A stretch of 63,520 bases of DNA, counting the filler, from Octopus bimaculoides (lineage: Eukaryota): NCBI RefSeq assembly GCF_001194135.2. It is 5 parts of 5 records of this genome, joined end to end, with 100 filler letters (N's around TTAATTAATTAA, not from the genome) between each part and the next. Parts side by side here need not be neighbours in the genome. Positions count along the whole stretch, not along the records: positions 62,512 to 63,520 come from NW_026352736.1; 4 more parts are not named here. One strand, written 5' to 3'. Position 1 is the first letter of the stretch. Each line of letters opens with the position of its first letter. The notes beneath the pieces are model-generated. The model had not been told where the DNA came from. It ran no database searches and was given only the letters and a program-made list of their open reading frames with translations. Shown here piece by piece: positions 63,489-63,520 of the stretch. A program made the position numbers and the translations under genes.

Positions 63489-63520
<32 letters not shown>

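Overview
AT-rich eukaryotic genomic DNA from a gapped draft assembly, with many N runs and four artificial 44N-TTAATTAATTAA-44N spacers. The repeat content resembles Octopus (inference from recalled repeat families, not searched). No complete protein-coding gene, rRNA, true tRNA or CRISPR array is supportable, and nearly all ORFs in the supplied track are microsatellite or N artefacts. The window looks like very long intronic sequence of a minus-strand gene, with a few small candidate exons (best 7309-7381). It is packed with three tRNA-derived SINE families, at least three R4/Dong-like RLE LINE families whose visible 3' ends all abut (TAA)n, several Penelope-like remnants, a hAT transposase remnant and MITE, a possible piggyBac C-terminus, an internally inverted Gypsy-type gag fragment, and a Tx1/L1 RT fragment fused to a 2.8 kb CpG-rich TATG/TACG/TTCG satellite with higher-order structure. 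The most interesting items are a Penelope-type minimal hammerhead ribozyme (46646-46691), the satellite/Tx1 junction, the (TAA)n-targeting LINE/SINE cluster, the gag inversion, two long foldbacks, and AG|GTAAGT recursive-splice-like sites. I found no convincing wholly new multi-gene system. All family assignments come from manual motif recognition.
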